NCBI RefSeq assembly: GCF_002994635.1
Contig: NZ_PVNL01000139.1
Span: 18,055-82,054, forward strand
DNA: 64,000 nucleotides
DNA from: Enhygromyxa salina
GTDB taxonomy: Bacteria; Myxococcota_A; Polyangia; Nannocystales; Nannocystaceae
Reading direction: 5' to 3'
This document shows positions 13,363 to 21,583 of the stretch, piece after piece. Under the pieces are notes generated by a model. That model was not told where the DNA came from, did no database searches, and worked only from the letters and a program-made list of their open reading frames with translations. Position 1 is the stretch's first letter. Each line of letters opens with the position of its first letter. Made by a program: the position numbers and the translations under genes.

Positions 13363-14601
13363 CTAAGAACCCGTGAATTCGGCCCGCTCGTGCACGTTTA
13401 GCCAGCGCAGCAAGTCACTGCGGCTGACCAGCCCGAGCAGGTGATCGCCATCGCTGACCACGAGCGGATCGACCTCGCCACGCATGAGCTGCTTCAGCGC
13501 GCGCCCGGCCTCGGCGGTGGCCGGCAGCGTGCTCAGCTTCTCGGCCGGGAGCATGATCTCGGCGACCGGCGTGTTCGCCCAGCTGGTCTTGTGGAGGTTG
13601 CCGATCTGCTCGAGGCTGACGAGTCCGAGCAGACGCCCGTCTGTGCTCTCCACCGGGAAGGTCAGCTGCTCGCTCGGCAGCGCGTAGTCGCGGATGAACT
13701 GCTCCACGCTCAGCCCCGGATTGACGCGCGCCAGCGAGGACCGCATCACGCGACTGATCGGCACGTCCTCGAGCCCCTCGCGCACCAGCAGATACTGGTA
13801 GCTGGCTCGCGCGGCGTTGTTGAGGAACCACCCGATCAGCAGCAGCCACAAGCCCGAGATCAAGGCACCCGCGAACAGCTCGATCACCCCGAAGGCCATC
13901 AGCGTCCACGCGAACAGCTGGCCCACGCGCGAGGCCCAGCGCGTCGCCTTGCGCAGGTTCCCGGTGATGGCCCACAGGATCGAGCGCAGGACCCGACCGC
14001 CATCGAGCGGGAACCCGGGGATCACGTTGAACAGCGCGAGCAGGACGTTGATCGGGCCCAGCCACAGCAGCAGCGTGGCGCCGGGTCCGATCAGAGTCAG
14101 GGCCGCATGGGTCGCCTCGAGATCACCGCTGGCGGCCGCCGCACGCAAGGGATCACCCGCGAGCCACAGCGCGGCAAACGTCGCGCTCAGGCCGATCACC
14201 AAGCTGGTGAGCGGCCCGACGATCGCGACCAGGAACTCGGACTTCGGCGAGTCGGGCTCGGCCTCGAGGTGCGCGATGCCACCGAACAAGAACAAGGTGA
14301 TCGCACGCACCGGGATCCCCCGGGCGTTGGCGACGATCGCGTGGGACAGCTCGTGGGCCAAGATCGAGGCGAAGAACGCGAGCGCGGCCGCGAGCGCCGT
14401 GGTCCAGATCAACGCGGGGTGCCAGTCGGCGTGCCAGCGCGGGAACACGGCCAAGCCGAGCTCGCCGGCGATCAGCGCAAAGATGATCAGCAGGCTCCAG
14501 TCCACCCGGATCTCCACGCCGAATGCCCGCCCAAGCCGAAAACCTGCACCCGATACCCGTGGCGCCCGCGTGTGTTTGTGGGGAGTCGATGTCTCGTTCA
14601 T
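13363..14601 (-). CDS. site-2 protease family (M50) metallopeptidase with tandem C-terminal CBS domains
   Basis: Start MNETSTPHK (ATG near 14601). HELSH motif, an LDGG-type motif (GFPLDGGRVL) and two CBS-like repeats. Confidence 0.8.
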   Translation of the reverse strand: MNETSTPHKHTRAPRVSGAGFRLGRAFGVEIRVDWSLLIIFALIAGELGLAVFPRWHADWHPALIWTTALAAALAFFASILAHELSHAIVANARGIPVRAITLFLFGGIAHLEAEPDSPKSEFLVAIVGPLTSLVIGLSATFAALWLAGDPLRAAAASGDLEATHAALTLIGPGATLLLWLGPINVLLALFNVIPGFPLDGGRVLRSILWAITGNLRKATRWASRVGQLFAWTLMAFGVIELFAGALISGLWLLLIGWFLNNAARASYQYLLVREGLEDVPISRVMRSSLARVNPGLSVEQFIRDYALPSEQLTFPVESTDGRLLGLVSLEQIGNLHKTSWANTPVAEIMLPAEKLSTLPATAEAGRALKQLMRGEVDPLVVSDGDHLLGLVSRSDLLRWLNVHERAEFTGS

Positions 14602-14606
14602 ACCTG

Positions 14607-15167
14607 TCAGATCGATCCAGTTCGGCGCGCGCCGTTGCGTTTCATCGCGCGCGCGAGCTTGCGTACCCGCTCGCGCGTGGTCTCGATGGTCAGCAGGACG
14701 CTGCCGGTCGCCACCGCGTTCTCGAGCCGCCGAAACTCGGCGCGGTTCTCGGCCGAGCCGCCAAGGCCGGACACCACCCCGCCGAACACGCCGGCGACGA
14801 GCGACACGACAAGGACGCCACCCAGGCTGACACCGAGGAGCGCGTCGGGTCCACCGACCCCAGCGAACGCCCCACTCCGCAGCAGGCCGAGCACCAGGGC
14901 GACGCACAGCGCGACGAACACACCGCCGATCAACCCCGCCTCTCGCACGGAGCGGCCCGCCGGCGGCAGATCCTCGGGGCGGATCTCGTGCTCATGAATC
15001 GCGGCGGTCGCGACTTCGTGCTCGCGATCGCGGTGCGTGGCCGCTGTCTGCAAGGTGCGCTTGGCGGCTTCGGCTGCCTCGCGGTTCGGATAGATTCCGT
15101 AGACGATCCGTGACACGGCGTGATCCCTGTTCGCGTGGGCACACGCGAACATCTCCAAACGTCCCAC
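14607..15167 (-). CDS. hypothetical membrane protein (start uncertain), immediately upstream of the M50/CBS gene
   Basis: Gly-rich transmembrane segments. Ends 6 nt before the M50 start. Confidence 0.3.
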   Translation of the reverse strand: MGRLEMFACAHANRDHAVSRIVYGIYPNREAAEAAKRTLQTAATHRDREHEVATAAIHEHEIRPEDLPPAGRSVREAGLIGGVFVALCVALVLGLLRSGAFAGVGGPDALLGVSLGGVLVVSLVAGVFGGVVSGLGGSAENRAEFRRLENAVATGSVLLTIETTRERVRKLARAMKRNGARRTGSI

Positions 15168-15192
15168 CGCATTCGCGCCAGGCCAGCGAGAT

Positions 15193-15743
15193 TTACGCGG
15201 GCTCAGGCCGCTCGATCGTGCAAATCTTCCGCGTCTGCACTATGGCCCACGGTCTCGACCTGCACTCGCAGCTGTCGCTCGAACGTGAACGCGTCGTTGA
15301 GCATGAATCCTCGAGCCGGCCTGCGTTGAGGCTCACAAGCGCCCGCTCGTAGCACACGGCCTCGAGCTGGCTCAGCGCGTCCTCGATCTCGCCCTGTGAC
15401 TCGGCGTTGCGGTCGAGGTTGCTGAGCACGACCGCGAGGTTCGCCCGGACTCGGGCCTCCTGGACCACGTGCGGGCCGTCGAGCGCGAGCAGTGTGGCGA
15501 GCGCCTGACGTGAGCTGGACTCAGCGCGCTCGGGCTCGCCGGCCAGGTCCAGCGCGGTCGAGACGTGGTCGAGCAGCTCGACCTCGAGCAACGCGGCGCG
15601 CTCTGGATCGCCGAGCTGCCTCGCGTAGCCGAGGCCGAGGAGCCCGACCTCGACGCGCGCCTGGACATGCTGCCAAAGTACCTTGGCGAGTGAAGGCAAG
15701 GTTACTTTGGCACACCAGCCGCCCCTGCCTCCCGCTCGGCAGC
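15193..15743 (-). pseudogene. remnant region: TPR-like ORF fragment plus a 66-bp duplicated fragment of the DUF2961 gene 3' end
   Basis: The ORF only becomes free after the stop of the upstream gene and lacks an N-terminus. It contains 15245..15310, which is 64/66 identical to the true C-terminal coding end of the DUF2961 gene at 17429..17494, here out of a long frame. Confidence 0.25.
15245..15310. repeat. 66-bp duplicated segment (copy A; partner 17429..17494)
   Basis: gcccacggtctcgacctgcac[t/c]cgcagctgtcgctcgaacgtgaacgcgtcgttgagcatgaa[t/c]cc appears twice. Confidence 0.8.
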
Positions 15744-16997
15744 TCAGCGGACGAGCATCTCGAACCACACCGTGCCGTCGCTGGCGGGTTCGATCGGGTT
15801 GAGGCCGAGTACGTAGCCGAAGCCGCGGCCGTTGACCTCGATGTCGGGGGAGCCCGTCGTCGGCCCGATGCCCGAGCCGGCGGTATCGTCGAGCGGGCAG
15901 CCGTTGTTGCCCTCGCGGCTCCAGCATGGGCCGTAGGTGGGCCGCATCAGCAGCGGATCAGCCAGCGCCTCGCACTGCGCGACGCTGAAGCCGTCACGAT
16001 CGCCGCAGTGAAAGTAGAGGTCGGTGCTGCATAGCTCGTCCTGGACCATGACGGTCCCCTGATCCATCGGATAGCCGGCAGTTTCGTCACACTGCGGCGA
16101 GGGCAGGCTGGCCATGAACTCGCCGATGTCGACGCTGCCGTCGCCGATGTCCTTGTAGACCGCCCACTCCCCGGACGGGATGTGGCGGAACATCAGGTCC
16201 GTGAATGGAAGGTCGTGATAGGCGGGGCTCTTGTAGTCCGCGCCGTTGGGCCCGGGGATGTTGCCGACCGTGGTGGTATCGGTGGTCAGTAACTCGCGGC
16301 CGTTCCAGGTCCAGGTGTCGACACCGTCGTCGGCCGAGATCAGGACCAAGGTCCAGCCGCCGCCGTCGTAGTCGAACTGCTGATTCCCAAACTCGCACCA
16401 GACCACGTAGGGCTCGCCCGAGCCGTCGTCGCCGTCGGGATCGATCGTGTAATTGAACGTGTCGGAGTCTGGCAGCCGGGCTCCAAGATCGGCGCAGCTC
16501 AGCGCGGTCACGCAGGTCCCGTCGGCGCAGCCGGACACGCAGTCGTCGGACTGGTTGCACATTTGTCCGTCATCGCACAGCGCGTCACAAATGCCGCCGC
16601 AGTCGAGATCGGTCTCGCCGGTGCTGAAGATCCCGTCGTCGCAGGTCGGCTCCTGGCACAGCTCGGTGCAGCTGTCGAAGTTGCTGTCGTTGCCGTCGTC
16701 GCAGCTCTCGCCCGGATCGAGCGTCCCGTTGCCGCACAAATCTGGCTCGTCGGTTTCGGTTTCGGTTTCGGTTTCGGTTTCGGTTTCGGTGTCGGCGTCG
16801 GTTTCGGTGTCGGTGTCGGCGTCGGTTTCGGTGTCGGTGGTGTCGGTGGTGTCGGTGGTGTCGGTGGTCGAGGCAGTCCCGCTTGGAGAACCGGAGCCCG
16901 GGCAGCCGCCGAGGAGGACCACGCCCACCGCGGCCAGGCCCGCCACACAGGCGAGTCGAGCGATGGTGGGCACGGGAGGAAGAAGAGAATGGTTCAT
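15744..16997 (-). CDS. secreted lipoprotein with (TD/TE)n linker, cysteine-rich repeat and C-terminal fibrinogen-related (FReD-like) domain
   Basis: Lipobox LLGGCPG. The TDTTDTTDTTDTETDADTDTETE linker is encoded by the hexamer tandem repeat at 16750..16870. CGNGTLDPGESCDDGND repeat. A GGGWTLV...W motif as in fibrinogen C-domains. Confidence 0.6.
   Translation of the reverse strand: MNHSLLPPVPTIARLACVAGLAAVGVVLLGGCPGSGSPSGTASTTDTTDTTDTTDTETDADTDTETDADTETETETETETETDEPDLCGNGTLDPGESCDDGNDSNFDSCTELCQEPTCDDGIFSTGETDLDCGGICDALCDDGQMCNQSDDCVSGCADGTCVTALSCADLGARLPDSDTFNYTIDPDGDDGSGEPYVVWCEFGNQQFDYDGGGWTLVLISADDGVDTWTWNGRELLTTDTTTVGNIPGPNGADYKSPAYHDLPFTDLMFRHIPSGEWAVYKDIGDGSVDIGEFMASLPSPQCDETAGYPMDQGTVMVQDELCSTDLYFHCGDRDGFSVAQCEALADPLLMRPTYGPCWSREGNNGCPLDDTAGSGIGPTTGSPDIEVNGRGFGYVLGLNPIEPASDGTVWFEMLVR
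16750..16870. repeat. hexanucleotide tandem repeat (tcggtt/gtcggt)n encoding the T-E/T-D linker
   Basis: About 20 consecutive hexamer units visible in the sequence. Confidence 0.85.
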
Positions 16998-17347
16998 GGC
17001 TCATGGGTGCTGGTGCGCCGAAGATTGGATCCGTATTTTTCGGATTCGGATTGCGCCGTCTCCCACATAGGAGTTTATGAAGGCGACTCACACACCGTCG
17101 ATCCCCTGCTCGATTCCGCTCGGCCTCACGGCTTGCCCAACCAAGACCCCGCCCACCGGAACCGAAACTGACACCTCGACCACCGGCGATGGAGATGGAG
17201 ATGGAGATGGAGACGGCCCCGGGGGTCAGGAGCCCAGCGCGATCTGGTGCGACGGGAGATGTTTCCTGGTGGGAGATGTTACCTGCTGGGAGAGATCCTC
17301 TGCGAAAAGGTCAAGCGAGGCGACGCGAGGCATTGCACCACGGTCCG

Positions 17348-18922
17348 CTATGGCTGCTCGTCGTACCAATAGACGGTGCTGCTCCACGTTGGATGGAGTT
17401 CGGTGATCACCAGGTCACCGAGCCACAGGCCCACGGTCTCGACCTGCACCCGCAGCTGTCGCTCGAACGTGAACGCGTCGTTGAGCATGAACCCGTAGAC
17501 ACTGACCAGCCCCGGCCGCGCCTTGATCGCCCCGGCCAGGGCCTTGCGATCGAAGTGCGTCCAACCGGCGTCGAAAAATTCTTCGGTGCCCGTGCCGTGA
17601 TAGCGGGGCGGCCACGCGTCGATCGGCTGATCAGTCCAGATCTGCCAGTCGCCCTCGCCCCACCACAGATCCTCGAACGGCCACTCGACCCGCAGCAGCA
17701 CCCCCACGAGCTTGCCGCGGCCGCGGTGATCGAACAGGCGGTGCACGGGCACCTGCGCGGGTCCAGAGCGGGGGCTGGCTGGCGTGGCGGCCGGGGCCGA
17801 GGTCACGTGCGCGTGGAGGTAGCCGAAGTCTGGATCTTGCTCGACGCAGCGGCGGATCCACAGCCCGAGCTCGACGCCCACGCGCGCGTCACCGTCGTTG
17901 TGGAGCTCGATGCGCGCGGCTTCGCGGTAGGGCATCGGCAGGCGCAGGTACGCGCGGTGTTGGGTGGCGCCCATGACCAGGCTGTCAAACTCAGCCTCGG
18001 GCTCGTCGGCGTTGTCACCCGCGCCCATGAACTCGGCCAGCGGCAGCTCGATCGCGGGCTGGTCTGCGCGATCCCAGATCACCCGCAGCCGCAGCGCTCG
18101 CCAGGCGGTGGCGGCCTGGCTCGGGTCGAGCTCGACGCTGAGTCGCTCGATCGTCCCGCACCCGCTGTCCTCCCAGCGCAGGCTGGCGCCGGGCTCGAGC
18201 GACTCGGTCACGCGAACGCTCGGCGCTTGCGGCCGCCGGGCACCCGCGACCGCGTCGCTCCACGCTTGCCCGGCCTCGTCGAGCGCTCGCGCGGCGCCGG
18301 GATCGAGCGGCAGCGTGAGGGTCTCGATCGGGGTGTCGGCGTCGTAGCGGGTGTAGCCGATCTGCCAGAACACGCCCCAGCGCTGGTCCGCGTCGATCAG
18401 CCGGATCTCGGCGTGCTCGGCGAACGGGATCGGCATCCGCACGGTTGGGTAGTGGATATCCGGATAGGGCCCCGAGTGGACCAAGCCGCCCGCGAACGGA
18501 CCCGTGACCGGATCGAACAGCTCGCCGACCGTCATCGACAGCAGCTCGCCGTAGTCGAGCATGATCTCGACGCGGGTGTCGGCGACCGCCGCGATGTCCC
18601 CGGTCGAGATCCGGTGGATGCAGCCGGGCCCATCGACGGACAGCAACACGTTGCGGTGGCCGTCCGCCCACGGGTAGGTCGCGCCGTCGAGCGCGTTGAG
18701 GCCGTCGCGGTCGTACGTGCTCGCCAGCTCCGCGTGCCCGGGCTCGAGCAGCGGGAGCGCGTCGAGCCTGTGGAGGCGCTCGAGAAAGTAGCTCACGTCA
18801 CGCGCTGGCGCCGGGCCCTCGCAGGCCAGCGCCGACGCCAGCGCCGTTCCGACGAGCAACCGTCGAGCGCCCGAGCGACGCGCCGCGTTGATCGAACACG
18901 GCCGCGCGCCGGGCAGCTCGAG
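17348..18922 (-). CDS. DUF2961 domain protein (secreted; start uncertain, must lie below 18934)
   Basis: YHGTGTEEFFDAGW matches the DUF2961 GTEDYF-type motif. RR-containing signal-like segment AARRSGARRLLVGTALASALA. The ORF track over-extends the N-terminus into the neighbouring gene. Confidence 0.55.
   Translation of the reverse strand, partial: LELPGARPCSINAARRSGARRLLVGTALASALACEGPAPARDVSYFLERLHRLDALPLLEPGHAELASTYDRDGLNALDGATYPWADGHRNVLLSVDGPGCIHRISTGDIAAVADTRVEIMLDYGELLSMTVGELFDPVTGPFAGGLVHSGPYPDIHYPTVRMPIPFAEHAEIRLIDADQRWGVFWQIGYTRYDADTPIETLTLPLDPGAARALDEAGQAWSDAVAGARRPQAPSVRVTESLEPGASLRWEDSGCGTIERLSVELDPSQAATAWRALRLRVIWDRADQPAIELPLAEFMGAGDNADEPEAEFDSLVMGATQHRAYLRLPMPYREAARIELHNDGDARVGVELGLWIRRCVEQDPDFGYLHAHVTSAPAATPASPRSGPAQVPVHRLFDHRGRGKLVGVLLRVEWPFEDLWWGEGDWQIWTDQPIDAWPPRYHGTGTEEFFDAGWTHFDRKALAGAIKARPGLVSVYGFMLNDAFTFERQLRVQVETVGLWLGDLVITELHPTWSSTVYWYDEQP
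17429..17494. repeat. 66-bp duplicated segment (copy B, inside the DUF2961 C-terminal coding region)
   Basis: See copy A at 15245..15310. Confidence 0.8.
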
Positions 18923-18933
18923 CCCCCGCGGAC

Positions 18934-19596
18934 TCAGGGGATGCACTCGTTGGCGCAGCTGGACTGACCGCAGATGAGCAACGCCGTGGTCGCGGGGGTG
19001 TTCGCGTTGCACATGGCCTGACACTGCAGCGGATCGCCGCCCATCAGTACGCAGTCGTACGCGCAGGTGCACGCCGCGTCGTTGAAGCACGCTTCGGCTT
19101 CATCACAGCAGTTGGCCTTGATGCACGTGGAACAGGGGGTGTCCTGCAGGTCCGGATCGCAGACGCCGCCGTCGCCGTCACCATCCCCGTCACCATCTCC
19201 GTCACCGTCGCCGTCACCATCGCCATCCCCGTCGCCGTCACCATCTCCATCCCCGTCTCCATCTCCATCTCCATCCCCGTCTCCATCGCCGTCGCCGTCT
19301 CCATCTCCGTCGCCGTCTCCATCTCCGTCGCCGTCTCCATCTCCGTCGCCCGGATCACCGTCACCATCGCCCGGATCGCCGTCACCATCGCCCGGGTCGC
19401 CGTCGCCGTCTCCGTCTCCGTCTCCGTCGCCCCCTTCCTGCTCAGCCCCCTCCTGACTGTCGGTCCCGGTGCCGGTCGTGTCGCCGTTGGTCTCGTTGCC
19501 GCCGCTCCCGGTGATCCCCACGTCGTCGCCGCCGCAGCCGAACGCCAACAAGACAGTGAACAAGCTCGCTCCTGAAACTCGGAAAATCGTCTTCAT
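18934..19596 (-). CDS. lipoprotein with very long (DG)n linker and C-terminal Cys-rich domain
   Basis: Lipobox LLAFGCGG. About 60 DG dipeptides encoded by the microsatellite at 19165..19430. C-terminal CSTCIKANCCDEAEACFNDAACTCAYDCV. Confidence 0.6.
   Translation of the reverse strand: MKTIFRVSGASLFTVLLAFGCGGDDVGITGSGGNETNGDTTGTGTDSQEGAEQEGGDGDGDGDGDGDPGDGDGDPGDGDGDPGDGDGDGDGDGDGDGDGDGDGDGDGDGDGDGDGDGDGDGDGDGDGDGDGDGDGDGDGDGDGGVCDPDLQDTPCSTCIKANCCDEAEACFNDAACTCAYDCVLMGGDPLQCQAMCNANTPATTALLICGQSSCANECIP
19165..19430. repeat. (ccgtcg/ccatct)n hexamer microsatellite encoding (DG)n
   Basis: Direct tandem hexamers across about 265 bp. Confidence 0.85.
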
Positions 19597-19653
19597 GTCA
19601 GTTCCTCACGCAAGTGTAGCTTGTCACGCGCAGGCCCCCCAGATTGTAGCGGA

Positions 19654-20577
19654 TCAAGACGGGATGAAGCCCGCCAACAGTCGCAGCGCTGGCTCCACGA
19701 ACAACGGCGACGGCACGGCGATCCAGGCGGCCGTCCACGCTCGACGGGCGCCGATCCCCCAACGAGCCACGCCCACGTGTCGCTCGAGCAGCAACCCCGC
19801 GCCATGAACGACGAAGAAGCTGGCCATCAGCGCCCCGGCGACGAGATCGAGTGGCACCCACGCAAACCAAAAATGCAGCGCGGTGCTGGCCGCAAACGCG
19901 GCACAGATCCCCAGCGTGGCGCGACGGCGACGCGCCAGCGGCAAGAACAAATTGTCGTGGAGCCAGCCCGACACCGCCCGGTTCCAGCGACGCCCCCAGA
20001 ACTCGCTGAGCGTGGTCGAGAGGATCGGCCGGTCGTTGATCCGCGGAAATTCGAGGCCAAAGCCACGGTAGATCATCAGCACCAGCGCGTGCACGGTCTC
20101 GATGCTGGCGTAGCAGAGCACCAGGCCAACGCCCCACCGCAGCGCCCAGCGACCGACCCCGCGCAGACCCGGCGCGAGCTCGAAGACGGCGACCCAGGTC
20201 ACGAGCACGAGCGCGAGGTGGCCGACAAACCACGCGAGCTCGGCCCGGTCGTAGCGCGACGAACGGCGCCGGAGCGCGCGTACGTCAAACAGCGCCGTCA
20301 ACATCCACACGCGCCCCCAGAACGACAACCCCGCGGGGCGCCGGGCGAGATCCAGCGCCCGACCCAGGCTGACCGTGACCAGCATCGCGAGGATCGTCCG
20401 ACCCACGATCCACCCAGACGGCAGCAGCAGCGGCGCCACGCTGGCGATCGCTGCGATCCCGACGCCGAGGTAGCGCGACCGCTCGCGCGGCTCGTCGCGC
20501 CCGCTGACGCGCGCACAGGCCAGCACCGCCAACATCCACACGGCGAGGGCAACGAACAGGCGAGCAACGTCAGACAT
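19654..20577 (-). CDS. membrane-bound O-acyltransferase-like (MBOAT_2/wax-synthase-like) protein
   Basis: Multi-pass membrane protein with SEFWGRRWNRAVSGWLHDNLFLPL, resembling the MBOAT FW.RWH...W....Y.PL motif. Confidence 0.5.
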   Translation of the reverse strand: MSDVARLFVALAVWMLAVLACARVSGRDEPRERSRYLGVGIAAIASVAPLLLPSGWIVGRTILAMLVTVSLGRALDLARRPAGLSFWGRVWMLTALFDVRALRRRSSRYDRAELAWFVGHLALVLVTWVAVFELAPGLRGVGRWALRWGVGLVLCYASIETVHALVLMIYRGFGLEFPRINDRPILSTTLSEFWGRRWNRAVSGWLHDNLFLPLARRRRATLGICAAFAASTALHFWFAWVPLDLVAGALMASFFVVHGAGLLLERHVGVARWGIGARRAWTAAWIAVPSPLFVEPALRLLAGFIPS

Positions 20578-20587
20578 CTAGAGACAT

Positions 20588-21400
20588 CTAGAACCGCAGC
20601 GCGAAGCCTACCTCGCCGCCACCACGCGCGAACGCGAGTATTGGCGTCAGCTCCATGCGCCGCGCGAGCGGGATCCCCCAGGCCTGGCGAAACGCCTGAT
20701 TGCGCTGCTTGGACCGCTTGAGCGCGATCGACCCGCCCGTGACCAGCGCGATACCTGGCAACAACAGCGGCAGGTGAATGTGGAGGCAGGACAGACAGAG
20801 CCCGAGCATGACCGTACCCGCCAGACTGAACGGCACACCAACCGAGAGCAGCGCGACGCCACCACCATGCAGCTTGCGCCCCGAGTCGAGCGGCCGGTTC
20901 CCCACCGGGAGGTCGCCGCGACTGTCGCTGGTCACCCGAGGTCGCGCCCGAACCCCAGCGACCTCGGCCTTGGGCACCGACACCACCGCGCCGTCCGAGG
21001 CCCGAGCGATCGCGAGGTCGGCGCCGCTGTGTGCCACGATCGTGCCCGCGAGCTGGGCCCCGTTGACCAGCTGCAGGATCACGCGCTGATCCTGCAACCC
21101 GTCCCACAGCGCGCGGCCCGTGAGCGACAGCTGGTCGTCGACCCGCGGCGCTGGGACGGCGGCCCCGGGTTCCGTGCCGACCGCCACGCCGGGTGCCGAG
21201 GTCGGGCTGGCGACCGGAGGCGTGGGTTGCGGCGCGTCCGGCTGGCCGGCCTCAGCACGCAGCGGCCCCGCGAACAACGCAGCCATCGCGCAGCCGACCA
21301 CCGCTACCTGTCGGGCCCGCCCACGCAGCTCCGAGCTCGGGTAGAGGGCGAAGTGCGGGCGGCGTGTGGGCGCTGGGGATCGGTTGGGGTCTTGGATCAC
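20588..21400 (-). CDS. hypothetical secreted/membrane protein (start uncertain)
   Basis: Signal-like MAALFAGPLRAEA, a Pro/Ala-rich segment and C-terminal transmembrane helices. Confidence 0.3.
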   Translation of the reverse strand: MIQDPNRSPAPTRRPHFALYPSSELRGRARQVAVVGCAMAALFAGPLRAEAGQPDAPQPTPPVASPTSAPGVAVGTEPGAAVPAPRVDDQLSLTGRALWDGLQDQRVILQLVNGAQLAGTIVAHSGADLAIARASDGAVVSVPKAEVAGVRARPRVTSDSRGDLPVGNRPLDSGRKLHGGGVALLSVGVPFSLAGTVMLGLCLSCLHIHLPLLLPGIALVTGGSIALKRSKQRNQAFRQAWGIPLARRMELTPILAFARGGGEVGFALRF

Positions 21401-21583
21401 GGTGGTTGGCTCCTGTTGTCGGTGGTCCGCGCCGCCGTCGATCGGTTCACTGGGTTATGATCACCAACTGTACAGATTCTCAGACCGCACGTGGCAACAA
21501 ATCGCCGAACTCGAGGGCACCGCGGTCGAGACCCCGAAGTTGGGCAGATGCCCGCGAGTCGCGGTAGATCCCAGGACAGACGG

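Noticed and set aside
17077-17406. 109-aa ORF with lipoprotein-like N-terminus and (DG)n linker
   Set aside because: Only the signal and linker look protein-like and the remainder is featureless. Treated as a probable stub or remnant, mentioned in a finding rather than called as a gene.
17189-18967. 592-aa plus ORF
   Set aside because: Fully antisense to the DUF2961 gene, which carries the recognisable GTEEFF motif.
19165-19430. Highly regular hexamer repeats, checked as a possible CRISPR array
   Set aside because: The units are 6 nt and contiguous with no spacers. They are in-frame and code for (DG)n inside a lipoprotein. Not CRISPR.
19621-20721. 366-aa plus ORF
   Set aside because: Antisense to the MBOAT_2-like membrane protein. 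Arg-rich artefact.
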